From Alphaproteobacteria bacterium (GTDB lineage Bacteria; Pseudomonadota; Alphaproteobacteria; SHVV01), in NCBI GenBank assembly GCA_965261735.1, contig OZ253470.1:2464001-2528000 (forward strand): a DNA stretch of 64,000 nucleotides. Reading direction: 5' to 3'. Under the pieces are notes generated by a model. That model saw only the letters and a list, made by a program, of their open reading frames with translations, was not told where the DNA came from and made no database searches. Position 1 is the first letter of the stretch. The number at the start of each line of letters is the position of its first letter. Made by a program: the position numbers and the translations under genes. This document shows positions 49,439 through 59,467 of the stretch, piece after piece.

Positions 49439-50248
49439 ATGCCAGCCGCCACGGACAAGCTACGAATCGCGACCTGGAACATCAACTCGATCCGTCTGCG
49501 GCTGGCCGGCCTGCGCCGCGTCACCAAGGCCTTCGCGCCGGACGTGATCTGCCTCCAGGAGATCAAGGTGGCGAACGAGCTTTTCCCGCACGCGGCGGTG
49601 CGCGCCATGGGATACGCCCATGTCGCGGTCCACGGCCAGAAGAGCTATCACGGTGTGGCCATTCTCTCGCGCCTGCCGCTCACCGATATCGCGACACGCC
49701 AGTGGTGCGGGGTCGAAGATTGCCGCCACGTCCAGGCGCGCTTGCCCCACGGCATCGTGGTGCACAACTTTTATGTCCCCTCCGGCGGCGACGTCCCGGA
49801 CCCGCAGCACAACCCGAAGTTCGCCCCCAAGCTGAGGTTCCTGAGCAAGACGGCGGCGTGGTTCGAGGCCGAGCCGGTCGGCGACAAGTCGATCCTTGTC
49901 GGCGATCTCAACATCGCGCCGCTCGAGACCGACGTGTGGTCGCACAAGCAGCTCACGGGGGTCGTCTCGCATACGCCGATGGAAGTCGCGCACCTGGCGC
50001 GCCTGCAGTCGGCCTCGGCATGGATCGATGCGGTCCGCCACTTCGTACCGGCGAGCGAGCGCCTCTATACCTGGTGGAGCTATCGTGCCCGCGACTGGGC
50101 CGCCTCGGATCGCGGCCGCCGGCTCGATCATGTGTGGGCGACTCCGACGCTGGGGCCGGCGCTACGCGGCGCGCAGGTGATCCGCGAGGCGCGCGGCTGG
50201 CCCAAGGCCTCGGACCACGTCCCCGTCGTCGTCGACCTTGGCGTCTAG
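49439..50248 (+). CDS. xth: Exodeoxyribonuclease III
   Basis: ATWNINSIR, LQEIK, GDLNIAP, YTWWSYR, RLDH, SDHVP. Confidence 0.95.
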   Translation: MPAATDKLRIATWNINSIRLRLAGLRRVTKAFAPDVICLQEIKVANELFPHAAVRAMGYAHVAVHGQKSYHGVAILSRLPLTDIATRQWCGVEDCRHVQARLPHGIVVHNFYVPSGGDVPDPQHNPKFAPKLRFLSKTAAWFEAEPVGDKSILVGDLNIAPLETDVWSHKQLTGVVSHTPMEVAHLARLQSASAWIDAVRHFVPASERLYTWWSYRARDWAASDRGRRLDHVWATPTLGPALRGAQVIREARGWPKASDHVPVVVDLGV

Positions 50249-50781
50249 GGCGCGATGGTGTCGGCGCGGTACATGAAGTAGCGCTCGGGGGCGACGCCCT
50301 CGGGCAACGCCACCTCGCTCAGCGCAGATGCCGACAGCGGCTGGTCGGCGACGATGACGCCGCCACTGGCCATCAGGGGCGCAAGCACCGGGCCGAGCCA
50401 GGCGGCAAGCTCGCCGGTCGCCTCACGATCGCCGCTGCCGATGTCGCAGTGCGCGAGCGCGGCGGGCGCGCCGGTCCGCGCCAGCGCGGCCGGTAGGGTT
50501 TCAGAGAAATCGCCGAGGATGAAATGGCTGGAATCGGGCGTGCTGTCGGGATGGGCGGCGCGGTGGCGGTCGAAGACGAAGATCGCCCGATCGGGGCACA
50601 GGGCGCGCAGATGATCGTAGGTGCGGCCGTTGCCGAGCCCTAGTTCGAGCACCGGTCCCGGCAGCTCGCGGACGAGCGCGGCCGCCGCGTCGAGGCAGAC
50701 GCGCTGGGCCCGCAAACGTGCGATGAAGCTGTCGAGGCGGCTGCGCCGCCGTGGCGCGCGATGGCCCGCGGAAACCGTCAC
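50245..50781 (-). CDS. Class I SAM-dependent methyltransferase-like protein
   Basis: SRLDSFIARLRAQR, VLELGLGNGRTYDHLR, LAHCDIGSG; start approximate. Confidence 0.82.
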   Translation of the reverse strand: MTVSAGHRAPRRRSRLDSFIARLRAQRVCLDAAAALVRELPGPVLELGLGNGRTYDHLRALCPDRAIFVFDRHRAAHPDSTPDSSHFILGDFSETLPAALARTGAPAALAHCDIGSGDREATGELAAWLGPVLAPLMASGGVIVADQPLSASALSEVALPEGVAPERYFMYRADTIAP

Positions 50782-50786
50782 CAGCG

Positions 50787-51236
50787 CTAGTTGTTGGCCG
50801 CCGATTTCATCAACTGCGAGGTCATCTTCTCCAGGCGCAGCGCCAGCACACGCATGATCTCGACCGCCATCTGCGGAAACTCGCCGACCAGCCGGAAGAA
50901 CAGATCCTTGGAGATCTTGAGCGCGGTCAGTTCGCCCTGCGCCTTGACCGTGGCCGTGCGCGGCACGTCGCATAGGATCGCGATCTCGCCGACGAAATCG
51001 TTCTTGCCGGCGTTGGCCACGGTCAGCGGCCCGTTGGGCGTGTTGACGATAACATCGGCATTGCCGTCAATGATGATGTAGGCGGCGTCGCCGATGTCGC
51101 CCTGGACCATCAGGTCCTGGCCGGGATGAAATGTCAGCCGCTCGCTCGTGAACGCCAGCAGCTTCAGCTTGGAGGGCTCGATCCGCGCAAACAGCGGGAT
51201 GTTTCGCAGTAGTTCGACTTCCTCGGTGAGGCTCAA
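50787..51236 (-). CDS. Stand-alone cyclic-nucleotide-binding domain protein
   Basis: QGDIGDAAYII, GEIAILCDVPRTATV phosphate-binding cassette. Confidence 0.92.
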   Translation of the reverse strand: MSLTEEVELLRNIPLFARIEPSKLKLLAFTSERLTFHPGQDLMVQGDIGDAAYIIIDGNADVIVNTPNGPLTVANAGKNDFVGEIAILCDVPRTATVKAQGELTALKISKDLFFRLVGEFPQMAVEIMRVLALRLEKMTSQLMKSAANN

Positions 51237-51255
51237 GGCAGTTCTCCCGGCAGCC

Positions 51256-53886
51256 CTATTCGGCCGCCAACATCTCGTTCAGATGCGTGCCGTCATGGTT
51301 GAGCTCGGCAAAGGTCCCCTGTTCGATGACCTTGCCTCCCCTCATGACGAGCACCTTGTCAAAGTCTTGGGCGAGATCGGCACGGTGAAGCGACCACACG
51401 AGGCCTCGGCCCGCGAATTCCTGGCGCAGGTTCGTCATTATCTTACCCTGGGACGCGCTATCCAGGGCCGCGGTCGCCTCGGACACGATGAGAATGTCGG
51501 GCCGCTTGAGCACGGCCCGAGCGATCGACAGCTTTTGCCGCTGCGCCCCGGACAGGCGCGAACCGGCGATGCCGACGTTATAGCCGAGTCCGACTTCGAT
51601 CACCGTGTCACGCAATCCCTGCTCCCGCACCACCTCGGAGACGAACTCGCCGACGCGCTCGCTCGAATGCGCCTGACCATAGGCGATCTTACCGAACAAG
51701 ATGTTATCTTGGATGTTGGCGACGCTGTTGTACTCCTCGGGATCGAACACCTCGACCGCGTCCTTGAGGTCTTCGGGCAGGTCGCGGTGGAAGGCCTCGC
51801 GTGCCTCCAGGAGCTTGGGCCGGATGTTCTCGTCGATAAGGCCCAGGCGGTGGCGCGCAGGAATGAGCATGAAGGGGAGGGAGAGCAGCTTGGTCCGGTC
51901 CTCCGGGCCCAACGTGTCGAGGTGATCGCGGTCGACGCGCGTCATCATCGCCTGCACGTCCGGCAGATCGTCGGAACTGATAAAGCTGAACTGCTGGAAG
52001 AGCTCGTGGTCCGGCGGCAGGTCGGCAAACAGCTCGACCATCGTCGCCGCCACCTGATAGCCGATGGACAGCAAGTCGGCGGTGAGCCCGACCTTGTCGA
52101 GGACGGACAGCACGTAGGCGTTCTCGGCCAACCGCTCGACGTTGAACACGTCCTTCACGGGGTGGCCGAACAGTAGGTTCTCGCCGACGGTCGCGTTGGT
52201 GTTGTACTGGGTGCGGTCGAAGGGCTCGATAAGCGCGGCGATCAAGGGTTCCTTGATGCGCTCGCGCAACGCCACTCGTGCGCGCAGGACCGCCGCGGCG
52301 AGTTCGGACTGGCTCTTGGGATCCACCGTGCCGCGCAGGCCCAGGCGGTAGACGTCCTCGTCGAGCCCGACGAGCTTGAGCACCTTGAGGCCGTAGGCCC
52401 GGAGCTCCTCCGGGCCTGCGGCACCGACCGAGCCATAGTCGATCCAGTCGGCCTCGATGTCGGCGGTCGAGTTGCCGGACCGCTCGGCCTCGTCGGCGAA
52501 GTCGCTGCCTGAGTCATTGTCGGCGCCGTCGGGTGGGCGGTGCTTGAGGCCGTAGAAGAGGTTGTCGCCGAGGGAGGCGGCGAAAACGAAGCCGTCCTGG
52601 CCGACGTAGGAAATGCGCCGCCCGGTGACGGCTTCGGGAAGTTCGCCTAGATCCGTGCCGTTGACGGTGATGCGGCCCTTGCTCGGCTCCAGGAGCCGCG
52701 CCATCAGTAAAGCAAGGTCCTCTTTGCCGCTGCCGCTGGAGCCGACCAGGGCGATGTGCTCGTCGAGCTTGAGCTTGACCGAGACGGCGTCGAGAACGTT
52801 CATGTCCTGATCGTCGGTGAGCGTCAGATTGGCGGTGGCAAGCTCCCCGGTAAGCCGCTCGACATCCGCCTCACCGGGCGCCTGGTACGATTCGTCCCGC
52901 ATGCCCGGCGGCGCGAACTGGCTCACTACCTGGTCGTACTTGATGCGCGCGTCCTCCATCATCTGGTAGTAGCGAAGCAGCTCCTTCCAGGGCGCCGCCA
53001 GATCCTTATGGGCGGCGATCGCGGCCATCAGCGTACCGATCTCGAGCTGACCGTCGATGACCAGGTAGCCACCGATCGAATAGAAGAAGAACGGCCCGAG
53101 TTGTTGGATGAAGTTGTTGAGAAACTTGATAACGAACTTTTGCCGATAGATCTCGTAGCGGACGTCGAAGATATTGCCGAGTCGGTGCGAGAACTCGGCG
53201 CGCGCCAGGTTCGACGTGTCGTGGGCATGGATCTCCTGCACCCCCTGGACCGTCTCGCCGATACGGTCCGACAAACGCCGCACCAGCTGCACGCGCTGTT
53301 TGCCGAGCTGGTTCACGCGCATCTGCAACTTGGGAATGATGTAGAGCTGCAGCGGATAGAGCGCCACGGCGGCGGCCGCCATCACCGGGTTCTGGACGAA
53401 AAGAAAAGCGAGAATGATCATCAATTGCCCGCCCTGGAAGGCGGGCAGCGAGTAGGCGTCGCCGACGAACCCGCCGAGCGGTTCGACCTCCTGGGTGATC
53501 ATCGGAATGATCTCACCCTGCGACATCTTGCGGAACGTCGGCAGCGGGAAGCGCAGCACCCGGCTGTAGAGGTCGTAGCGCAGCCGTCTGAGCATGCGCT
53601 CGCCGGTCAACCCCTTGTAAACATTGATGATGTACTTGAAAGCCTGGTTGATCACCACCAGCGCGAGGAATAGCCCGCACATGACGAAAAGGTAGGTCGT
53701 CTGGCTGAGGTCGTTACCGAAGAGGGAATAGGGCTCGGCGCGCCCCAGGATGGCGCCGTTGACGATGGCCTTGGGCACTTCATAGAAGGCGTAAAGGAAG
53801 GGAAACGAGACCGCGGCGAAGATCGTCAAAGTGACCTGCTGGCGCAGGCTGTAGCGCAAGATGTACTTAAATATACCCGGTTCCAT
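51256..53886 (-). CDS. ABC exporter-type fusion (TMD plus NBD with a large insertion)
   Basis: N-terminal membrane domain; GSSGSGKE, LSGAQRQK, ILIVSEAT. Confidence 0.88.
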   Translation of the reverse strand: MEPGIFKYILRYSLRQQVTLTIFAAVSFPFLYAFYEVPKAIVNGAILGRAEPYSLFGNDLSQTTYLFVMCGLFLALVVINQAFKYIINVYKGLTGERMLRRLRYDLYSRVLRFPLPTFRKMSQGEIIPMITQEVEPLGGFVGDAYSLPAFQGGQLMIILAFLFVQNPVMAAAAVALYPLQLYIIPKLQMRVNQLGKQRVQLVRRLSDRIGETVQGVQEIHAHDTSNLARAEFSHRLGNIFDVRYEIYRQKFVIKFLNNFIQQLGPFFFYSIGGYLVIDGQLEIGTLMAAIAAHKDLAAPWKELLRYYQMMEDARIKYDQVVSQFAPPGMRDESYQAPGEADVERLTGELATANLTLTDDQDMNVLDAVSVKLKLDEHIALVGSSGSGKEDLALLMARLLEPSKGRITVNGTDLGELPEAVTGRRISYVGQDGFVFAASLGDNLFYGLKHRPPDGADNDSGSDFADEAERSGNSTADIEADWIDYGSVGAAGPEELRAYGLKVLKLVGLDEDVYRLGLRGTVDPKSQSELAAAVLRARVALRERIKEPLIAALIEPFDRTQYNTNATVGENLLFGHPVKDVFNVERLAENAYVLSVLDKVGLTADLLSIGYQVAATMVELFADLPPDHELFQQFSFISSDDLPDVQAMMTRVDRDHLDTLGPEDRTKLLSLPFMLIPARHRLGLIDENIRPKLLEAREAFHRDLPEDLKDAVEVFDPEEYNSVANIQDNILFGKIAYGQAHSSERVGEFVSEVVREQGLRDTVIEVGLGYNVGIAGSRLSGAQRQKLSIARAVLKRPDILIVSEATAALDSASQGKIMTNLRQEFAGRGLVWSLHRADLAQDFDKVLVMRGGKVIEQGTFAELNHDGTHLNEMLAAE

Positions 53887-54041
53887 GCGTTCGCCCTGTA
53901 CTGGCCACCGGCGCCCCCAAAAAGCCGTGATCTCGGGGCCGGCCGGCGCAACTGTAGACCAGCCGGCGAGGTCGGTAAACGCCGCGGTAGCGCCACAAAA
54001 ACCTATTTCGCGGCCCTGGGCCCTGTGCGATAGTGGCGCCC

Positions 54042-55298
54042 ATGTCCGACGACGGGGGAAAACGGCGCGCGGCGCGCGGCGCCGAGGGTGCGCGTGTTCT
54101 CATTTACAGCCACGACACGTTCGGTCTCGGCCATCTGAGCCGCTGTCGCACCATCGCCCACTCCCTGGTCGAGAACAACAAGCACCTCTCGGTGCTCATC
54201 CTCTCCGGCTCGCCCATCATCGGCAGCTTCCCGTTTCGCGCCCGCGTCGATTTCGTGCGCATCCCGGGGGTGATCAAGCTGCGCGACGGCGAATATACGG
54301 CGCTCGGGCTGCACATCGACATCGGCAACACGCTCGAGATGCGCTCCTCGATCATCCAGCGCACGGCCGAGACCTTCGGGCCCGACGTGTTCATCGTCGA
54401 CAAGGAGCCGTTGGGCCTGCGCGGCGAGGTCCACGAGACGCTGCGCGAGCTCAAGGAACGCGGCCGCACCCACATCGTCCTGGGGCTGCGCGACGTGCTC
54501 GACGAACCCACGCTCCTGGTCCCCGAGTGGCAGCGCAAGAATGCGGTTCCGGCACTCAGCGACTACTACGACGAAATCTGGATCTATGGTCTGCCGCAGA
54601 TCTGGGAGCCGCTCGCCTACTTCGATTTACCCAAGGACGTGCTACGCAAGATCGCCTATACCGGTTATCTGCGGCGCTCGGCCTCGGGCACGCCGCCGAC
54701 GACGCCCGTTTCGGAGATCACGCGCGGGCCCTATCTGCTGGTGACGACGGGCGGCGGCGGCGACGGCGAGGGGCTGATCGAGTGGGTGCTGCGCGCTTAC
54801 GAAACCGACCCCATGCTGCCGTACCCGGCGCTGCTGATGCTGGGGCCCTTCATGGTTCCCGAGCTGCAGGAGGGTTTCAAGGAGCGCGCCGCCCGCCTCA
54901 GCCGGGTCGAGGCGATCACGTTCGACCCGAACATGGAGAACCTGGAGCGCGATGCCGCCGGCATCGTCTCGATGGGTGGCTACAACACCTTTTGCGAAAT
55001 CCTGTCGCACGACCAGAGGGCGGTCATCGTTCCGCGCACGGTGCCGCGGCGCGAGCAGTATATCCGGGCCTCGCGGGCGCACGAACTCGGCCTCGCCCGC
55101 ATGCTCGAAGACGACGGAAACTACCAGCCCGAGGTCATGGCCGAGGCGCTCAGGGCTCTGCCCCGCCAGCGCCGGCCGAGCGAGGTCGTGGTCTCCGGGC
55201 TGTTGGAGGGCCTCGTCAACGTCAACCGGCTGGTCGAGCCCTGGATCACGCGGCGGGCGGAAAGCGACGACACCACGGTCATTCCGCACCGCGCCTGA
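54042..55298 (+). CDS. Predicted glycosyltransferase (COG4671-like)
   Basis: YSHDTFGLGHL, GLRDVLD, GGGGDG, SMGGYNT, EQYIRA. Confidence 0.88.
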   Translation: MSDDGGKRRAARGAEGARVLIYSHDTFGLGHLSRCRTIAHSLVENNKHLSVLILSGSPIIGSFPFRARVDFVRIPGVIKLRDGEYTALGLHIDIGNTLEMRSSIIQRTAETFGPDVFIVDKEPLGLRGEVHETLRELKERGRTHIVLGLRDVLDEPTLLVPEWQRKNAVPALSDYYDEIWIYGLPQIWEPLAYFDLPKDVLRKIAYTGYLRRSASGTPPTTPVSEITRGPYLLVTTGGGGDGEGLIEWVLRAYETDPMLPYPALLMLGPFMVPELQEGFKERAARLSRVEAITFDPNMENLERDAAGIVSMGGYNTFCEILSHDQRAVIVPRTVPRREQYIRASRAHELGLARMLEDDGNYQPEVMAEALRALPRQRRPSEVVVSGLLEGLVNVNRLVEPWITRRAESDDTTVIPHRA

Positions 55299-55308
55299 GG
55301 GCCATTCC

Positions 55309-56535
55309 TTGACCGCGACGGTCGCCTTCGTGCTCAAGGGCTATCCGCGCCTGTCGGAGACGTTCATCTCGCAGGAAATCCTTGCCCTCGAGCGGCGCGG
55401 GCTCGATATCGCCATCGTCTCGCTGCGCCGGCCCACGGACCGCAAGGTCCATCCGCTCCACGGCCACATCAAGGCGAGCGTGCTGTACCTGCCGGAATAC
55501 CTGCACCAGGAGCCGCTTCGCGTGTGGCGGGCGTGGCGCCAGGCGCGGCGGCGGCGCGGCTATCGCGCGGCGCGCGCGGCGTGGTGGCGCGACCTTGCGC
55601 GAGATCCGACGCCGAACCGCGTGCGCCGCTTCGGTCAGGCGCTGGTTCTGAGCCACGAGCTTCCCGCCAAGGTCGACCGGCTGCACGCCCATTTCATCCA
55701 CACGCCGGCCTCGGTCGCACGCTATTGCAGCCTTCTCACCGGGTTGGCGTGGTCATGCTCGGCCCACGCCAAGGACATCTGGACGCTGGCCGACTGGGAG
55801 AAGACCGAAAAGCTCGAGGCCTGCGCCTGGGCGGTCACCTGCAGCGCCGCCAACCACAGCCACCTGACGCGCCTCGCACCGCCGGGGCAGGTCGAGCTCG
55901 TCTATCACGGGCTCGACGAAGCGCGCTTCCCGGCCCGCAACGAGCCGCTGTCCGCGCGCGACGGCGGCCGGGCCGAGGAGCCCGTCATGCTGCTTTCGGT
56001 CGGGCGCGCCGTTGAGAAAAAGGGTTATGACACTCTGCTTGCGGCGCTGGCGCTGGTGCCGGCCGAGCTGTGCTGGCGGCTCGTCCATGTCGGCGGCGGC
56101 CCGCTGTCGCGCCGCCTCCGGCGCACGGCCGAGGCGGCGCGGCTCAGCGCGCGCATCACCTGGCTTGGGCCTCAGGGCCACGACGAGGTGCTCCGCCAAT
56201 ACCGCGCCGCCGATCTGTTCATCCACCCGAGCCGGATCGCTCGCGACGGCGACCGCGACGGACTGCCCAACGTGTTGCTAGAGGCGGCCTCGCAGTCGCT
56301 CGCATGCATTGCCTCGCGGGTCTCGGGGATACCGGAGCTCGTCGATGACGGCGTTACGGGGCGCCTCGTCGCGCCCGACGATCCGGCGGTCCTCGCGGCT
56401 GCGATCGCGGAGCTGATCCGCGATCCGGCGCGGCGCCGGGCGCTCGGCGAAGCCGGCTATGCGCGCGTGCGCGAGGGCTTTACCCTGACCGCCGGCATCG
56501 ATCGCCTGGCATTGAAATTCGGCCTCGGCACCTGA
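55309..56535 (+). CDS. GT4 glycosyltransferase
   Basis: KGYPRLSETFI, HAHF, AHAKDI, GRAVEKKG, DGLPNVLLEA. Confidence 0.92.
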   Translation: MTATVAFVLKGYPRLSETFISQEILALERRGLDIAIVSLRRPTDRKVHPLHGHIKASVLYLPEYLHQEPLRVWRAWRQARRRRGYRAARAAWWRDLARDPTPNRVRRFGQALVLSHELPAKVDRLHAHFIHTPASVARYCSLLTGLAWSCSAHAKDIWTLADWEKTEKLEACAWAVTCSAANHSHLTRLAPPGQVELVYHGLDEARFPARNEPLSARDGGRAEEPVMLLSVGRAVEKKGYDTLLAALALVPAELCWRLVHVGGGPLSRRLRRTAEAARLSARITWLGPQGHDEVLRQYRAADLFIHPSRIARDGDRDGLPNVLLEAASQSLACIASRVSGIPELVDDGVTGRLVAPDDPAVLAAAIAELIRDPARRRALGEAGYARVREGFTLTAGIDRLALKFGLGT

Positions 56536-56541
56536 GGTTTC

Positions 56542-57708
56542 ATGCGGATCGCCTTCTATGCGCCCCTCAAGCCGCCCTCGCACGAGGTGCCCTCGGGCGA
56601 TCGTCGCATGGCGCGGCTCTTGATGACCGCGCTGCGCGGTGCCGGCCACGAGGTCGCCGTCGCCTCGGGCTTTCGTAGCTTCCAGCGCGAGGCTGATCCC
56701 GACCATCAGGACAAACTCGTGGCGGCCGGCGAATCCGAGGCCGAACGCCTCATCGCCCGCTACGCGGCCCTCGACGAGGATCGACGCCCGCACGCGTGGT
56801 TCACCTACCACTTGTACTACAAGGCGCCGGACTGGCTCGGCCCGAGGGTCGCCGATGCCCTCGCCATCCCTTACATCGTCGCCGAGCCCTCCAATGCGCC
56901 CAAACGCGCGCGCGGACCGTGGCGCATCGGACATCGCGCCGCGGCCCAGGCGATCTCGCGCGCCGACGCGGTGATCTGCCTCACCTACCACGACATGGAG
57001 TGCGTGGCACCGATTGTGGAGCCGGCGGACAAGCTGTCCTATCTGCCGCCCTTCCTCGATGCCGGCCCGTTCGCCGCGGCCGCGCTCCATCGCGAGGCGT
57101 CGCGCCGGGAGCTGGCGGCCGAACTCGAACTCGATGCCGCGGCGCCGTGGCTGCTCGCGGTGGCGATGATGCGCCCCGGCGACAAGCTCGCCTCCTATGT
57201 CGAGTTGGCCGCGGCCCTGGCCGAGCTTGGTAGCCGCGAGTGGCGCCTGCTGGTCATCGGTGAGGGCGAGGCGCGCGAGGCGGTCGAAGCGGCGTTTGCC
57301 GGGCTCGGCGAGGCACGGGTCAGGTTCGCCGGCGCCCGCCCCGCCGCCTCGCTACCGCCCATCTACGCGGCCTCCGACCTCTTCGTCTGGCCGGCGGTCG
57401 GCGAGGCTTATGGCATGGCCCTGCTCGAGGCGCAGGCGGCCGGCGTGCCCGTCGTCGCAGGAAGGGAGCGCGGCGTGCCGGACGTCGTTACCGAAGGAAC
57501 CACCGGACTCCTCGCGCCGCCCCACGATCCCGCGGCGCTGGCGGCGCTGATCGCGCGCGTGCTCGACGATGCCGCGTTGCGCGGGCGCCTCGGCGAGGCG
57601 GCGGCCGCCATCGTCGCGCGCGAGCGCAGCGTCGAGCGCGCGGGCGCGCTCCTCGAGCAAGCGCTGACCCGGGCCGGCGAGGGCCTTGCCGCCCGCACCA
57701 GCTCGTGA
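56542..57708 (+). CDS. GT4 glycosyltransferase
   Basis: FYAPLKPP..SGDRRMAR, TYHLYYKAPDWLG, EAYGMALLEAQAAG. Confidence 0.92.
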   Translation: MRIAFYAPLKPPSHEVPSGDRRMARLLMTALRGAGHEVAVASGFRSFQREADPDHQDKLVAAGESEAERLIARYAALDEDRRPHAWFTYHLYYKAPDWLGPRVADALAIPYIVAEPSNAPKRARGPWRIGHRAAAQAISRADAVICLTYHDMECVAPIVEPADKLSYLPPFLDAGPFAAAALHREASRRELAAELELDAAAPWLLAVAMMRPGDKLASYVELAAALAELGSREWRLLVIGEGEAREAVEAAFAGLGEARVRFAGARPAASLPPIYAASDLFVWPAVGEAYGMALLEAQAAGVPVVAGRERGVPDVVTEGTTGLLAPPHDPAALAALIARVLDDAALRGRLGEAAAAIVARERSVERAGALLEQALTRAGEGLAARTSS

Positions 57709-58310
57709 CGCGCCTCAGCCTCATTCGCCACGGCGATACGGCGTGGAACGAGGCGCGGCGCCTTCAAGGCTGCACCGACATTCCGCTCAGCCCGAGAGGT
57801 CGGGCGCGGCTGGCCGGGTGCGCGGTCACGACCGAGCTTCGGAGTGCGCGTTGGATTTCCAGCCCGCTGCGGCGCGCCGTCGAGACAGCGCGGCTCCTCG
57901 CGGGCACGAACGCAGCTATCGAGCCTCGCCTGATCGAAATGGACTGGGGCGAGTGGGAGGGGCGAACGCTGGCCGAGCTACGCACCGACCTCGGCGCCGA
58001 GATGGCGGCCAACGAGGCCCGTGGACTCGATTTCACCCCGACGGGCGGCGAAAGCCCGAGGCAGGTGCAGGCGCGGCTGCGGCCTTGGCTCGCCGATGTG
58101 GCCGCGCATGGCGAGGCCACCGTGGCGGTCACGCACAAGGGCGTGATTCGCGCGATCCTCGCCCTGGCGGCGAACTGGGACATGATGGGTAAGCCGCCCG
58201 TCAAGTTCGACTGGCGGGCCGCGCACGCCTTCTCGCTCGACGGCGACGGCAACCCGGCCATCGAGCGCGTCAACCTCGCCCTCGGCGCGGCCCGCGAGGG
58301 CCGGGAATGA
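57705..58310 (+). CDS. Histidine phosphatase family protein
   Basis: LIRHG, SSPLRRAVET, EMDWGEWEG, GGES, VTHKG. Confidence 0.92.
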   Translation: MTRLSLIRHGDTAWNEARRLQGCTDIPLSPRGRARLAGCAVTTELRSARWISSPLRRAVETARLLAGTNAAIEPRLIEMDWGEWEGRTLAELRTDLGAEMAANEARGLDFTPTGGESPRQVQARLRPWLADVAAHGEATVAVTHKGVIRAILALAANWDMMGKPPVKFDWRAAHAFSLDGDGNPAIERVNLALGAAREGRE

Positions 58311-59467
58311 GCCGCCGGCGTGCCCTCTTCTATGTCCAGCATCTACTCGGCATCGGCCATCTCAAGCGCGCGGCGATACTCGCGCGCGCGTTCGTCGCCG
58401 CGGGGCTCGACGTCACGGTGGTGTCGGGCGGCTACGAGGTGCCGGGCCTTGACCTCGGCGGCGCGGACCTCGTGCAGCTGCCGCCGGTGCGCGCCACCGA
58501 CCTCCGTTTCAACGAGCTCGTGGACGAGGGCGGCGCGCCGATCGACGACGCCTGGCGCGACAGGCGGCGCGCCCTGCTGCTCGCGGCCTGGCAAGAGGTG
58601 CAGCCGCACGTGCTGCTGCTCGAGCTTTTCCCGTTCGGACGTCGGCAGATGCGCTTCGAGCTGATGCCGCTGCTGGATGCGGCGACCGCGGCGGCCCGAC
58701 GGCCGGTTATTGTGTCGTCCGTCCGCGATATCCTGGTCGCCCGCACCAAACCAGGCCGGAACGAGGAGATGCGCGACCTCGTGGAGACCCATTTCGATCA
58801 CGTGTTGGTTCATGGCGATCCGCGCTTCGTCCCGTTCGCGGAGACCTTCGGCTATGCCGATCGGATCGCTACCAAGTGCCACTACACGGGCTATGTCGTC
58901 GATCGGAGCGAGGTACAGCAAGGGCCCGGAAGCCCCGGCTTCGGCGAGGTCGTCGTCTCGGCGGGTGGCGGCGCGGTGGGCGAGGCGCTGCTGAGAGCGG
59001 CCATGGCCGCGCGGGCGCGCACGCGCCTCAAGGACGCGGTGTGGCGGGTGCTGGTCGGAACCAAGGTGCCCGAGCCGACGTTTCGATCGCTTCGCGCGGC
59101 GGCTGCGGCCGGCATTGTCGTCGAGCGCGCGCGCCCGGATTTCACCACGCTGCTCGCCAACGCCGTCCTCTCGATCAGCCAAGGCGGCTACAATACGGTT
59201 TTGGAGGTGCTGCACGCAGGTGTGCGCGCCGTCGTCGTCCCCTATTCGGGCGGCATCGAGACCGAGCAGCCGCTGCGGGCGGCGCGCCTTGCTCGGCGCG
59301 GGGGAATCACCCTCGTCGCCGAGGCTGAACTCGGGCCCGAAGCCCTCGCCGGGGCCGTGGAGCGGGCGATGGACTCAGCACCCGGCAGCCTCGCCGGGAT
59401 CGATACCGACGGCGCCGCGCAAAGCGCTCGCCTGGTCAGCACGTGGGCGGCAGCGGTCGGGTGGTAG
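58307..59467 (+). CDS. Predicted glycosyltransferase (COG4671-like), second paralogue
   Basis: YVQHLLGIGHL, ELFPFGRR, SVRDIL, SQGGYNT. Confidence 0.88.
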   Translation: MSRRRALFYVQHLLGIGHLKRAAILARAFVAAGLDVTVVSGGYEVPGLDLGGADLVQLPPVRATDLRFNELVDEGGAPIDDAWRDRRRALLLAAWQEVQPHVLLLELFPFGRRQMRFELMPLLDAATAAARRPVIVSSVRDILVARTKPGRNEEMRDLVETHFDHVLVHGDPRFVPFAETFGYADRIATKCHYTGYVVDRSEVQQGPGSPGFGEVVVSAGGGAVGEALLRAAMAARARTRLKDAVWRVLVGTKVPEPTFRSLRAAAAAGIVVERARPDFTTLLANAVLSISQGGYNTVLEVLHAGVRAVVVPYSGGIETEQPLRAARLARRGGITLVAEAELGPEALAGAVERAMDSAPGSLAGIDTDGAAQSARLVSTWAAAVGW

